DNA of 64,000 nt from Balanoglossus misakiensis (taxonomy: Eukaryota > Animalia > Hemichordata): NCBI GenBank assembly GCA_040954595.2, contig CM082598.2:7393097-7457096 (forward strand), given 5' to 3'. The number at the start of each line of letters is the position of its first letter. Position 1 is the stretch's first letter. The notes beneath the pieces are model-generated. The model was not told the origin of the DNA and did no database searches. It was given only the letters and a program-made list of their open reading frames with translations. Made by a program: the position numbers and the translations under genes. Shown one piece after another: positions 10,501-22,700 of the stretch.

Positions 10501-13500
10501 GAGAATTTGCGAGATCTGTCCGACCGAGGCGCCGAACTATGACTCCCTGCAGCACCGTCCGGGTTGGGAATACGGTCGAAATGATCAGTACACAGTCATA
10601 GAGGTAAGAAAACACTAACCACATAAAATTTCCAATATCGACCTTGATTCATAAAGAAAGCTTCCCGCGTTTCGATCCTACCCACCAGGGATACAACACC
10701 AGTTGGATTTCAAGCTGAAGTTGCTAATGATTGACTTGCATTGTGCTAAAATTTACCAGTCACACGTCCAAAGGAAAAAAAGCAACAACGTTCGATAAAA
10801 CAACAACAACGAACCTGATTCTCGTATTACTTAAAGTCCAATGAGCTGCCGAAATTCTACTATTTTTCCCATTGGCAGCTTTAGTGTCCTTAAATGATAT
10901 TTCACATTTTCTTGTTGGTTCTTGCTTATGATAAGTTCATCTTGCTTGAACAATCGCCACTACGGTGAAAGACACACTGCTAGTCTGTAGTCGAATTTTC
11001 CATATAGATCCCAAAATTAAGTTTCTTTTCTCGGATTTTGTCAACGAGTAGTTCCTATATGTTGAATATTATCATTCTGTGGCTATTGCATTGAAACTTC
11101 GCCAATCTGATGTGTAATATATGTGGGTGAATATACTTAGTCAGACGGAATAATGTATTTCAGGCTAGAGCAAGACCGTGCGCTGGTCGACCTTGTTTGA
11201 ACGGAGGACGGTGCCAAGAAAACCCTACCGGCGATACTTTTTCCTGTATCTGCAGGGAGGGCAGTCGCTTTATTGGACCAACTTGCAACATACCAGGTAC
11301 GTTTACCGGGTATATGGTCAGTCCTGTGGACGGCGGTTCGTTGCTGTGACTCTGCCTGTGTGTAACCCCCGGGGGGAGGGTACTCCCATGGTTCTCGTAC
11401 GGGGGGGGGGGCGACCCAAGTTCAAAACATTAATACTTTATTTATTTTATTAATTCTTTAATTCAGGCTGTATGCCCATACTGTAAAAACATACAAAAAA
11501 CAGAAACAACTCCATAAAAAGATACACAAAAGAAAAAAAAATCCAGTAAACTTAATAAAGAACAACCCTGCAATGTCCCCAGAAAGTAGATAGAAAGTAG
11601 CAGTCAGTCTGTACATTTACATTTTGTCGAATTTTGCTGGATCGGATCAAGACACGGCGCGTCATGCGAAATGATCGACAAATATTGGAAATGTGGCTGT
11701 TAATTACTCTCTTATAGAGAAAAACATTCCTCTCAGCTGAGTATTAATAAGGAAATTGCTCCGTGTTTAAAAGTTTGGAAAACACAAGAACTCATTAACA
11801 TAGCATTTAATTACTATGCAAATTATGAACAATGAGAAATGCAAAGACTACTTAGTTAATGAGTTCGCTACTGTGTACAGTCAACATATCAGTGGGGTCG
11901 GTGGACCGATACTCGAGAAACGTACATTCTATTTACTGATAAAAGAAATATCGATTAAATGTATTCATTGTGACATTCAAGACCTTATTGATTTTAAATG
12001 TCAGCAAATTAACTGTGATGCTAGTCAGAAAATTGAGGAGCAAATTTCTTATTCTCTATTAATAAATTAAACGTGATTAAATGTATGCAATGTGTGTTGC
12101 TGAGTGTCACTCAGGCTCGGGGAACGTCATTCATTAACTGTCCACTAGTTTTACCCAACATTTTAATCGCCCCTTTTGAAACTACAATGTCAACAACTAT
12201 GCAATCAAAACTGTTCAATGGAGTTTCCTTGGCGATTTAGGATTTAATGAGAAGTTGATTGATATTCCGAGAGATGTTGAACAACTCAAGGCTTCAGATG
12301 GAGCAGCGGCGAATAAAGAATGTTAAGTCATGTGCGAAATGAGAAGTTTCTCGCTTATGTTTTTTTTCTTTCTTTCATTGTGCTCCAGTGACTGACGGCG
12401 GCTGGGGCGATTGGAGCTCCTGGTCCGACTGTACGGCGTCGTGTAACGCCGGATATCAAACCCGTACACGAGAGTGCAACAGCCCGGTCCCCGGAGATGG
12501 CGGAAACCCCTGTGCGAGTCGTCGTACAGACTACCAGAAGTGTCACATGCATATTTGTCCGGGTGAGTCAGAATTGCCCTACCGTCCTCGTACAACACAC
12601 TTCGTTGCAAACGTAGCTGTCTTTTTGCAAGTTTTCCCAGTGATAATTTTGTGTTCAATGTGAAACTGATCAAGCATACTACTTGTTATTGTTTGTTCTA
12701 GTTTGGTCAATGTGGAGTCTGGCTCCATGTGAACCAGTGCCAGGAGGAGGCTTGGTCGGTCGCCGCAATAGAACTCGCGAGTGCCTCTTCGGCGGAACTC
12801 CCAATGTTGATATTGGGTGTACGGGACATGACAATGAAACTGTGCATTGTGATACTCGCAGCGCCCTCGGTGAGTCTTTTAATTTTATGTCCGGCCCCTA
12901 TAGTATTTCTGATGAATATTAATTAGCTCATGAATATTAATTATCCGACCAGCTCTCAGTGATGCAAGGCTGGGCAGAACCTTGGTACATTGTATACAGC
13001 ATGTTAAAGTGATAGTACCGTTTTTGTTTTGTGCATATTTGTGAAGGTAAATACTGATCACAATAAATTCAACGTCGTTTATGGTAGTGAGGGCCAGAAA
13101 AGTGCGTAGGACCTAACCACACACATTCATTCATATTTGGGTATATGTAACTTGGAGGTGATTCTTTAGGTCTTTAGCTTGGGTCTAAGTGATGTGGAAA
13201 ACGCTTAAGTTACCAAATATTGTTAATTGCGATTGTCCTTTTTAAGATGCTTTATTGACAGGTCGCACGGCCATGTTCCTTCGATTTTATCACATTTTCC
13301 CTCTTGCCAATCGACAGTAAGTGGGGCCGCAGCGAACAAGATTATCGAGGCTATCAAGCAGGAAGCTCAGGCTGGTACAGATATCTGTGCTCGTCGTCCA
13401 GATGCGGTGGGGTGCAATTCTGGTGAGTAACAAATGTGCCCGTGTGTTGAAATGTGAGCAGATAGAATGTAGGCCTATACATGTAGTGATGAGATTGACT

Positions 13501-14460
13501 TGTCACAACTAAGGGAGTGTTGAAAGACTAGCAAGACAGCAGTTTGTATGATTATCGTCACGTGAATTTTTAACGAATTATCAAGATATAAAAAGTATTA
13601 TTTAACCATCGCTCGTGTTTCACTTCTTCCAGGCGATGGTGCATGGGGCAAGTGGTCTCCGTGGGGATCCTGTCCAGACAGTTGTGGGTGGAATGTGCGC
13701 ACGCGCACCAGAAAGTGTGACACTCCACCACCTGCAGACGGAGGTGCAGACTGCGCAGGCGTTGATCGAGAAGAAAGGCCATGTAGGAAATCGCTTGTGC
13801 ATTGCAGTAAGCAGATCATCTGTAACTGTAGACTATCTTTTTTTTCAGAATTTATGTTATATGAATCGACCATGGTGTCCAGTTCGCCTACTTATCTATG
13901 TTCAACTTCATAGCCTTGTCTTGGCATGGAATTTATATGAACTATCACAAATCTGATTCGCAAGTCAAGGAGGCAATCGAATTGTCCATACATGGTTTTC
14001 AAACGTTGAAGTGACAACTGGTGTTTTTTGCTCCACAGACTGCTCAGATCCGGGAACGATAGAGAATGGTCATGTGACTGTTGTAAGAACTGGCTATCTG
14101 ACATTCACGTGTGAGTGGAACGAAACAGCCAAGATATTTTACACTTTGTTCGGAAAACAATCAAGCATGTGCATTGAAGGTGAATGGTCAAATCCACTGC
14201 CTGTTTGCAAAGGTAATATACATGTATGTATGTGTGTATGTGTTGTGTGTGTGTATGTATGTATGTATGTATGTATGTATGTATGTATGTATGTATGTAT
14301 GTATGTATGTATGTATGTATGTATGTATGTATGTATGTTATTTGTATGTATGTATGTATGTATGTATGCATGTATGTATGTATGTATGTATGTATGTATG
14401 TATGTATGTATGTATGTATGTATGTATGTATGTATGTATGTATGTATGTATGTATGTATG
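7588..14460 (+). repeat. Segmental duplication, copy 1 (paralog at 18154-24531)
   Basis: Colinear high identity with 18154-24531, from CATTTTTGCATGCGATACATG to the (TGTA)n microsatellite, with copy-specific indels. Confidence 0.95.
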
Positions 14461-16562
14461 TTATTACACTGTTGTGTGTGCACGTGCGCAGTGTTTTCAG
14501 ACTGGTTTAGCTATATGCTAATGAGTCCATATAATATTTAATTTTAATGGATATCATTTTTTTATCCAAAGAATCATGTTTGCTTCCGTCATCGGCGGAT
14601 TTAAATAACGTTACGGAGTTAATTGGAGATGCTATCACGCGTCACGACGAGGAGGCAACCGTTCAATGCACTATCGGCTTTCACGAAATAGATCATAACA
14701 CTATAACCTGTAATGAAGGACAGTGGGAACCGACTCCTAATCCAGCATGTTCACGTAGGTACTAGTCTTGTCTATTTACCACATAGCACCTAGTTGCATA
14801 GAGGGTGACATAGTATTTCCGCCATCTTGGAAAGTCTCATTGAGTTGTGGGATAGACCGAGATACACTTCCGGGTCAACCGGGTCACTGTGACTTGTGCT
14901 GTTTATGTTCCTACAGCGACATCGCAACGCTCGTCTTCGTGGTATTTTTCAGCAGAGCTGATTTATTCCCTGTACATGTATGTGTAGTCTCACCGTCGCG
15001 AACTAGTTTGCTCTCTCTCTCTTGAAATCTTTCCCAAGCCACTTATAAAAGGGCGAGTGTCTCCATCTGGGTTGACTTCAAAAGTGTCGACGCCCATTTG
15101 ACTAAAAAAGTGTCCTCCTACATAACCCGGGCATTCAAAGAATCCCTAGATATTTCCATCTTCAAGAATTAAAGATGAACACCTGGTTTGACTTCAAAAA
15201 TATTCCTTTGACTCCAAATTTGCCTCCGTCTCTTGGTGTTGGTCCCAAACGATACAGTTGCTAGCAAGTCATAGAAGCCGAAAAGTGTAACTGCTACAAT
15301 GAACATCACTGCAAACAATGATGTTGATACTTTGTATAACACTGTAGTGTATCTTCTACAATGTACATGTCTGTCATGTTACTTTGTGTTTCAATGTACC
15401 TCATGGTAAACAATCATATTTTCAATTGACTTTGAAATATCATGTATTGGTCGGCAGGGTCGTCCTGAACAATGCCGAATGTATGTTTTTATGCAGAAAA
15501 TGAACCGAAGTGTGTGATTATTTTTCAGCAAAGAATCTCTGCCGTAAAATCGTTCAACTGGGATCGTACACAGTCTGTGCGGGCGAATCGAAATATAAAT
15601 GGCATGACGCGAAAGATAATTGCGAGGACATTGGCGGTACTCTGGTCAAGTTCGATAACAAGACCAAATTCGACGATATTTTGACAGAATTGACTAACAT
15701 AGATGCCCAGTACCCGTACTGGATAGGGTTGAGGACAGCTACAATTGATGGAAAGGTATGATCGCAGTGTTGTTTGTTTGTTTGTCTGTCCTTTTCTCTG
15801 TCCGTCTGTCTGTTTGTGATGAGAATAAAGACTTTTACCGTCGCTTCACAAGTGTGCATGCGAATTTCGGTGAAGTAATTTGAAACAAATTTAATTTACA
15901 AATCTGTTGGTGTACAAGGTACATGTTGATGATCTCCCAATCCGCTGTATATAGCATTCTCTTTTCTGGCTATAGGCAGTCTATAAATTGTGATGACAAC
16001 TTCCCCATGCACCCTTTCCTGTCTCAGAAACCTTTTTATACTGTTTATTTCCAATGATTTCTTTCGGAATATTTGTTACGAGAGCCGAATACAGTTTTTC
16101 TATGTCTTGGAGCGGATTAGATATTCTGTATATAACACACAATATATGGAACCACTTATAAATACTGTTGATAAATGAATGTATGCCACTACAATTTCTT
16201 TTCTGTGACTTAAAGCGGATTAAATATTCATTAAATACACTTAAACAGCCACTAATATTGTCGATAAATGAATATATGCCACTACCAGCGCTCATTTCAC
16301 ACATACAAAAATATAGAAAATATTTTTTGGAGATTCACTAAAACTTCGCCTTGTTTTATTTTTGTCTGTGTGAAAACAGCGTCAATATGCATGGCTTGAC
16401 GGTGATACAGGTGGCTACAAGAAATGGGCTGACGGAGACCCGCCGGAAGACGGGGTTGGCTGCGTAAAGCTGATAAAAATCGGCAAGAAAAAAAGGAGAA
16501 TGAAAGTTGAAGATTGTGAATCTTCTAAATCTTCGGAGAACTACTGGATTTGTGAAGAATAG
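10241..16562 (+). CDS. Secreted multidomain protein, 627 aa: signal peptide, PAN/apple, EGF, 3x TSP1(-like), 2x sushi/CCP, C-type lectin. Exons 10241-10603, 11164-11296, 12389-12562, 12702-12869, 13318-13422, 13633-13806, 14039-14212, 14572-14754, 15529-15755, 16380-16562
   Basis: All introns are GT-AG with compatible phases; 1884 nt with no internal stop. [22 protein letters not shown] (signal). CANTC..CKSFNY..CEI (PAN). [24 protein letters not shown] (EGF). [22 protein letters not shown] and [20 protein letters not shown] (TSP1). [21 protein letters not shown] and [17 protein letters not shown] (CCP). [38 protein letters not shown] (CTLD). AATAAA at 16766. Confidence 0.88.
14222..14460. repeat. 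(TGTA)n microsatellite in intron 7
   Basis: Directly visible. Confidence 0.97.
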
Positions 16563-16821
16563 CGTCACATCCCCGCAGCAACAGACGCAATCTCTCGGTC
16601 TTGTTCGTCCAAACGATTGATATCACCCACGTCATATCTTACCATCTAATGCACACATGCGTTATTTCGAGTGTTCAAACATTTCGTTCAATCCAAAGTT
16701 TGTGGAGAATATTTTACCCGTGTGCACACACCACAATAGTTGTGTACTCTTGTAATTGCTAGTTGAATAAACGGGTGCGACACCCATTTATTTTTGAATT
16801 TCATATTTAAATTAACAGCCA

Positions 16822-17181
16822 CAATCAGAGGTTGCTGATATGTGTGCCTACCAGTTAACTAACTCAAATGGACAATTCTAATGTCGAAAGTTAAATGATG
16901 AAAAAATAATTGGAAGCTATTGGGACTTTAAGATGTTATGTATTCAAGTCAAATTTACATGTACTTTCATTTACTAGAAATAGAACGTCTGTTTTGTGTC
17001 AATCGGAGGTTGCTGATATGTGTGCCTACCAGTTAACTAACTCAAATGGACAATTCTAATGTCGAAAGTTAAATGATGATCAGAAAAAAAATGGAAGCTA
17101 TTGGAACTTTAAGATGTTATGTATTCAAGTCAAATTTACGTGTACTTTCATTTACTAGAAATAGAACGTCTGTTTTGTGTC
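16822..17181. repeat. Two tandem copies of an approximately 180-bp unit
   Basis: AATC.GAGGTTGCTGATATGTGTGCCTACCAG..AGAACGTCTGTTTTGTGTC occurs at about 16822-17000 and 17001-17181. Confidence 0.9.
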
Positions 17182-17521
17182 GAATTGTCTACAATCGTTT
17201 TCATTTCTTCAATATACATATACATACAGGCCTCAAACCGGTCTCGACTGCTCCATATATCCCTCCAATTAAAAAGTATGGCTCACGGTGGTTTGAGTCA
17301 AAATATTCTAATATTCTATTGTGCAATCTAACAGAGTACTAGTGTTGCCTCAGAGTGTGTCGTGGTAATGGTCGGCAAATAGAAATTATCCGCGTCTGCT
17401 CATTCGGGGACATGGCATGATTGCTTGTCACGTGGACGCAAAGTCATCGAAGGGAAACAATAGTAATAATACATTTAACCTTGGTGGCGCCCTATTAATA
17501 TTCACCACGGATTTTTTGATG

Positions 17522-17610
17522 GAGAGAGAGTATGAGAGAGAGGGAGAGAGAGAGAGAAAGAGCGAGTCAGAAAGAGAGAGAGAGCGAGTCAGAAAGAGAG
17601 AGTGAGAGAG
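17522..17610. repeat. Imperfect (GA)n microsatellite
   Basis: Directly visible. Confidence 0.9.
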
Positions 17611-19776
17611 GTGCCCAGTCTTCAGAGGTGGTTACCATGGCAAACCAGGTAATCCATTACCCTTGTATTTGCCACTTTGGGTCAGTCTTGTTGGGTGTAG
17701 CATGCTGGCAAGACACGCGTACTCGTTCGAGACACTTGGTACCATAAATTTGCGGTCGCTCAAGATTACCCTTATTTAATATTCATTGTTCTCTTTGTTT
17801 CTTGCACCTGGTAATTTCGCACCAGGTAATTAGGTTGCTCGAACGATGAACACCTGGTGAATGCCGTATTGGAAGGCATATCTTTGTACAACAAATGGAG
17901 TGCCATGGATTAGCAATTACAATGTACAAGGTATGTGATATTATTATCTGACCAAAAAGGCCACAAACATTGTTGCGTTTCCGCCACCACTCCCGCCATG
18001 AAACCCAACAAAAACGAAAGATTTGTTTACCATGACGTTGTTGTCCAAGCTGGTGATTCGGCAATGTAAGCGAGGAAGATGATGGGCACTTTATGCAAAA
18101 TACATCAGAGGAAAGTCGTGATCTATAAATTCAAAGGAAATCAAATAATATGGCATTTTTGCATGCGATACATGTTTGTAGCCATTTTGTAACCATTTTG
18201 TATGAGACAACAAAAGAAATACATTGTTCCTTCCTGTTAGGACGATGTTTGTAACGGTTTCAATCGTTACTACCCTCAAACTTTTCTACCCCGTTGACCA
18301 TTGATTGATCAAAGACATCACTCGTTGAGTTATCGACAGGTATCAATTCAGTGTTTTAATGAAAAGGCATAAATCAGTACACGATCAAAATCATCGTCGA
18401 TTCCCAAGAACGTGTCTTATAAATTATTTCTGGTTTCTACAATACATTTACATAGCCACGACGGCGCTATACTGACATGTTTTATGGTGCCGATGATATT
18501 TTCACGGGCCACGCGGGAACGGTTTCAAATAGTAAAGCGACACACACCACCATTTTAACGCAATTTATCTCAAAATAGAGCGCGGTGACCCCTGTATTTT
18601 ATTTGACCAATGAATTTATATTTGCTAGACTGAGCTATGTGTAAAATTTCGTGAAAATGACAATAGTAGAAGTTTGTTTTCTGGCGATTTTCAATATAAT
18701 GCTACGGGGAAAAGACGGGTGCGCGCAGTTTCCGGTTTATGTTCTACGCATACATCCTTAAATAAGTAGAGTTGGTTTTCGGTTCAGGTGAATTCTGCAC
18801 TGAAGCGAAGAGGGCAAGGCCAAAGGTGGGCGGGATATAAGGCAGATAGATACTCTGAAATTGCTGGAAAGTCAGAGAGGGGGACAGGCAGGCAGGCAGG
18901 CGGGCAAACAAACACAGGCTTCAGGGTTGTAATGTTGGAAAGAGCTTTCGTCCAATCACAATGCTCGTATTTATTGACCAATGAGAGCCATGTTTACATT
19001 ACATCGTATATTGTTCTCCGTGATACCTATTATTGTCTTAGTGAAATTTTGTTCTAATTTGCGGACAAAATATAAAAAAATTAATGATTAATTGCTTTTT
19101 ACCGGCACCGGATGAAGCTGCTTGGTAAACATAACGAAAATTAAATTGTGTCGATTAATAAAACACGAGCAAACTTTATTGCGCGACACGCCCTTGGTAA
19201 TTGTAAGGCCATTAATAGTGGAATTAATTCCAATGGTAACCGCGGCAACAGAAACATGTTACCTGTCTGTACCGTAAACTGCAAAATAATTTAAAAGCAT
19301 CAGTGTATTTGAAAACATTTCATGGGGTAATGATTATCTGACCCGAATACCCCCCCCCCCGCCCGAGTATGAATGCACATATGACTTGTTTAGACGTAAT
19401 AAGTAGTGACAGTTGTCTGTGAATGTTACAGAGTCGCGCATATTATAAGTCTTTATTCACTTTCACTCCAGGAAGACATGAATCCTGACACGTTTTGTTC
19501 GTTTTATTAACCTGAGTTCAACGCAGTGGAACACTTCCCTTTGCGTTTCGCATGAGGACAGTATTGATGCAAATATCGTGGGCTGTTCCGGCCACACTGG
19601 GTAGGCCTAACTAAACATCTCAATTACTTTTAATTTCATAGGTTGATGAGTAAATCCGCCTATGCTCATTGAGCTTATGGTTATCGAGTAGGTAATTACC
19701 CCGAAACACGCAGGAGTAAAACTCTAGGGCTTTGACAAGTTTTAACACATTAGCCAACGCCCGCCAGCGCTTAACC

Positions 19777-22700
19777 ATGAGTTTGCAAGCGTTGGTTCTG
19801 CTGGCCCAAGTTTCCACCTTTGCGCTGGGTTCTGTCGCAGCGTCGCCCGACAGCGGGGACCAGTTCGACCCGGAGGCGCAGGCGTGCCTTGTCCAGAGCG
19901 AAATCCCTACCCCGCACATGTCGTTCTCGTGCCCGAATCCGACGATGCTCAGGGACAGCTTCCACGTGCTTCTGTGCGCCAACATGTGCTACCGGCGGGG
20001 CGAGAAGTGCAAGTCGTTCAACTATCAAGCCTCTCTGAAAATCTGTGAGATCTGTCCGACCGAGGCGCCGAACTATGACTCCCTGCAGCACCGTCCAGGT
20101 TGGGTTTACGGTCGAAATGATCAGTACACATTTATCGAGGTAAGAAAACACTAACCACATAAAATTTCTAATATCGAGCTTGATTCATTTTTTTTTAAGT
20201 CAGAGAAAAAATAAGGAATACAGAGCAAGGGAAGTCAAAAACACAAAAACAAAAACAAAAACAAAAGGAAGGGGAGGACAAAGAGCAAAAACAAATCAAA
20301 AACAAGAATAACAATTGTCATAATCGAGAATCTGAAGACATCACAGTGGCAGGATTACTTTCCATTTATCGTGTGAAAAAGATTGATATTTCCATTTTTC
20401 TTTGCAATATTTTTTTCTGAGGTTACAATACTTTTAACTTTTTCAATGAAGACAGCAAGAGACGGTTTCTCATTTAAAAACGGATTGCATATAAATGGTA
20501 CTTGGCTATAATTAATAAATGGTTTAATAGTGAGTTTCTGTTTTGAGGAAGGACACCAAAAAGGACATCTCGACAAGATAGTGTGATTATTTGATTTGTT
20601 TTAAACTGGTAGAATTTTTGAAAGGTGGTCCAAAATTTTCTGGCTTCGCTACATTCCCAGAATACATGCTCTATAAACTGCAAATTGCAGTGTTGACAGC
20701 TATCGCTGTCTTTTATTTTATTATTCATTAAGAAAAGGTTTGTAGCTAGTATGCGGTGATTGATTTTAAATTGAAAAACTCTCAATTTCATTTCTTTTGT
20801 GGTTTCAAATGGCAGTTTCCATATTTTTGTCCAGTTAACGTTTTGCGCATAATTCATTTTAGAGTACTTTTTTCTGAAGTGGGTGGGAGAAACTTGTTTT
20901 GCTTAAACATCTCGTAGAATTCCTTTGTGGTGCCTGTTCGAATTTGATATTTTTCAAGATATTCTTGTGTATTTTCATCAGTTGCTGGAACTTCCATTTC
21001 TCAATGATTCTTTCCGTTTTCTTGGTATTGAGGAGATAGCGCCACTATATGTTATAAAATCTACATTGACGTTAAACTTTTCCTTAAACACCTGCCAGGG
21101 CAGTGGAGCACCAGTGACATTAAAGAAATCACTTATGTACTTAATACCCTGTTGGAACCATTTTTTTAGAATATCATGGTGTTACCATCGACAGTAACAT
21201 ATTTGTTATTCCATATGACCTCCTGGGCTGTATGAATTTCCACGGTTTTCAGTTCCGAAAAATATGTCAAAATATCCGAGTAAAACATTGGGATTTAAAA
21301 AGGAATGCGTTTGACGTCATAATTACTATATGTTGAATATTATCATTCTGTGGCTATTGCATGGAAATTACGCCAATCTGATGTGTAGTGGGTGAGTATA
21401 CTTAGTCAGACGGAATAATGTATTTCAGGCAAGAGCAAGACCGTGCGCCAGTCAACCTTGTTTGAACGGAGGACGGTGCCTAGAAAACCCTACCAGCGAT
21501 ACTTTTTCCTGTATCTGCAGGGAGGGCAGTCGCTTTATTGGACCAACTTGCAACATACCAGGTACGTTTACCGGGTATATGGTCAGTCTTGTGGACGGCG
21601 GTTCAGAGCTGTGACTCTGCCTGTGTAGGGGGAAGGGTACTCCCATAGTTTTCGTACGGGGGGTGTGCGACCCAAGTTCAAAACATCAATACATTTATAC
21701 ATATTGTTACATATTGTCCAATTTTGCTGGATCGGATCAAGACACGGCGCGTCATGCGAAATGATCGACAAATATTGGAAATGTGAATGTTAATTACTCT
21801 CTCATAGAGAAAGACATTCTTCTCAGCTGAGTATTAACAAGGAATCGAAATTGCTCCGTGTTCAAAAGTTTGGGAAACACAAGAACTCATTAACATAGCA
21901 TTTAATTACTATGCAAATTATGAACAATGAGAAATGCAAATACTACTTTCAAATCAAATCAATCAAAACAAACATTTATAAAGCGCCAGAATCAATAACA
22001 ATGTTATTTCCAAAGGCGCTGAAAGTATAACTTTGTTAATGAGTTCGCTACTGTATACAGTCAACATATCAGTGGGGTCGGTGGACCGATACTCGAGAAA
22101 CGTACATTCTATTTACTGATAAAAGAAAAATCGATTAGATGTATTCATTGTGAAATTCAAGATCTTATTGATTTTAAATGTCAGCAAATTAACTGTGTTG
22201 CTAGTTAGAAAATTGAGGAGCAAAAATCTTATTCTCTTAATAAATTAAACGTGATTAAATGTATGCAATGTGTATTGCTGAGTGTCGCTCGGGCTCGGGG
22301 AACGTCATTCATGAACTGTCCACTAGTTTTACCCAACATTTTAATCGCCCCTTTTAAAACTACAATATAAACAATTATGCAATTAAAACTTTTCAATGGA
22401 GTTTCCATGAGAAGTTGATTGATATTCCGAGAGATGTTGAACAACTCAAGGCTTCAGATGGAGCAGCGGCGAATAAAGAATGTTAAGTCATGTGCGAAAT
22501 GAGAAGTTTCTCCCTTATGTTTTTTTTCTTTCTTTCATTGTGCTCCAGTGACTGACGGCAGCTGGGGCGATTGGAGCTCCTGGTCCGACTGTACGGCGTC
22601 GTGTAACGCCGGATATCAAACCCGTACACGAGAGTGCAACAGCCCGGTCCCCGGAGATGGCGGAAACTCCTGTGCGGGTCGTCGTACAGACTACCAGAAG

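Noticed and set aside
10084-10624. Antisense and alternate-frame ORFs over exon 1, and likewise at 19620-20160
   Set aside because: Shadows of the GC-rich PAN exon.
10830-10895. Tiny TTAA-flanked inverted repeat (AGCTGCC..GGCAGCT)
   Set aside because: Too short and imperfect to call a Kolobok/piggyBac-type MITE without other copies.
14105-14521. (YVCM)n and (HTYI)n ORFs
   Set aside because: Translations of an intronic TGTA microsatellite.
17783-18064. Possible exon between the two duplicates
   Set aside because: Splice-like signals are present, but the frames contain stops and no recognisable motif.
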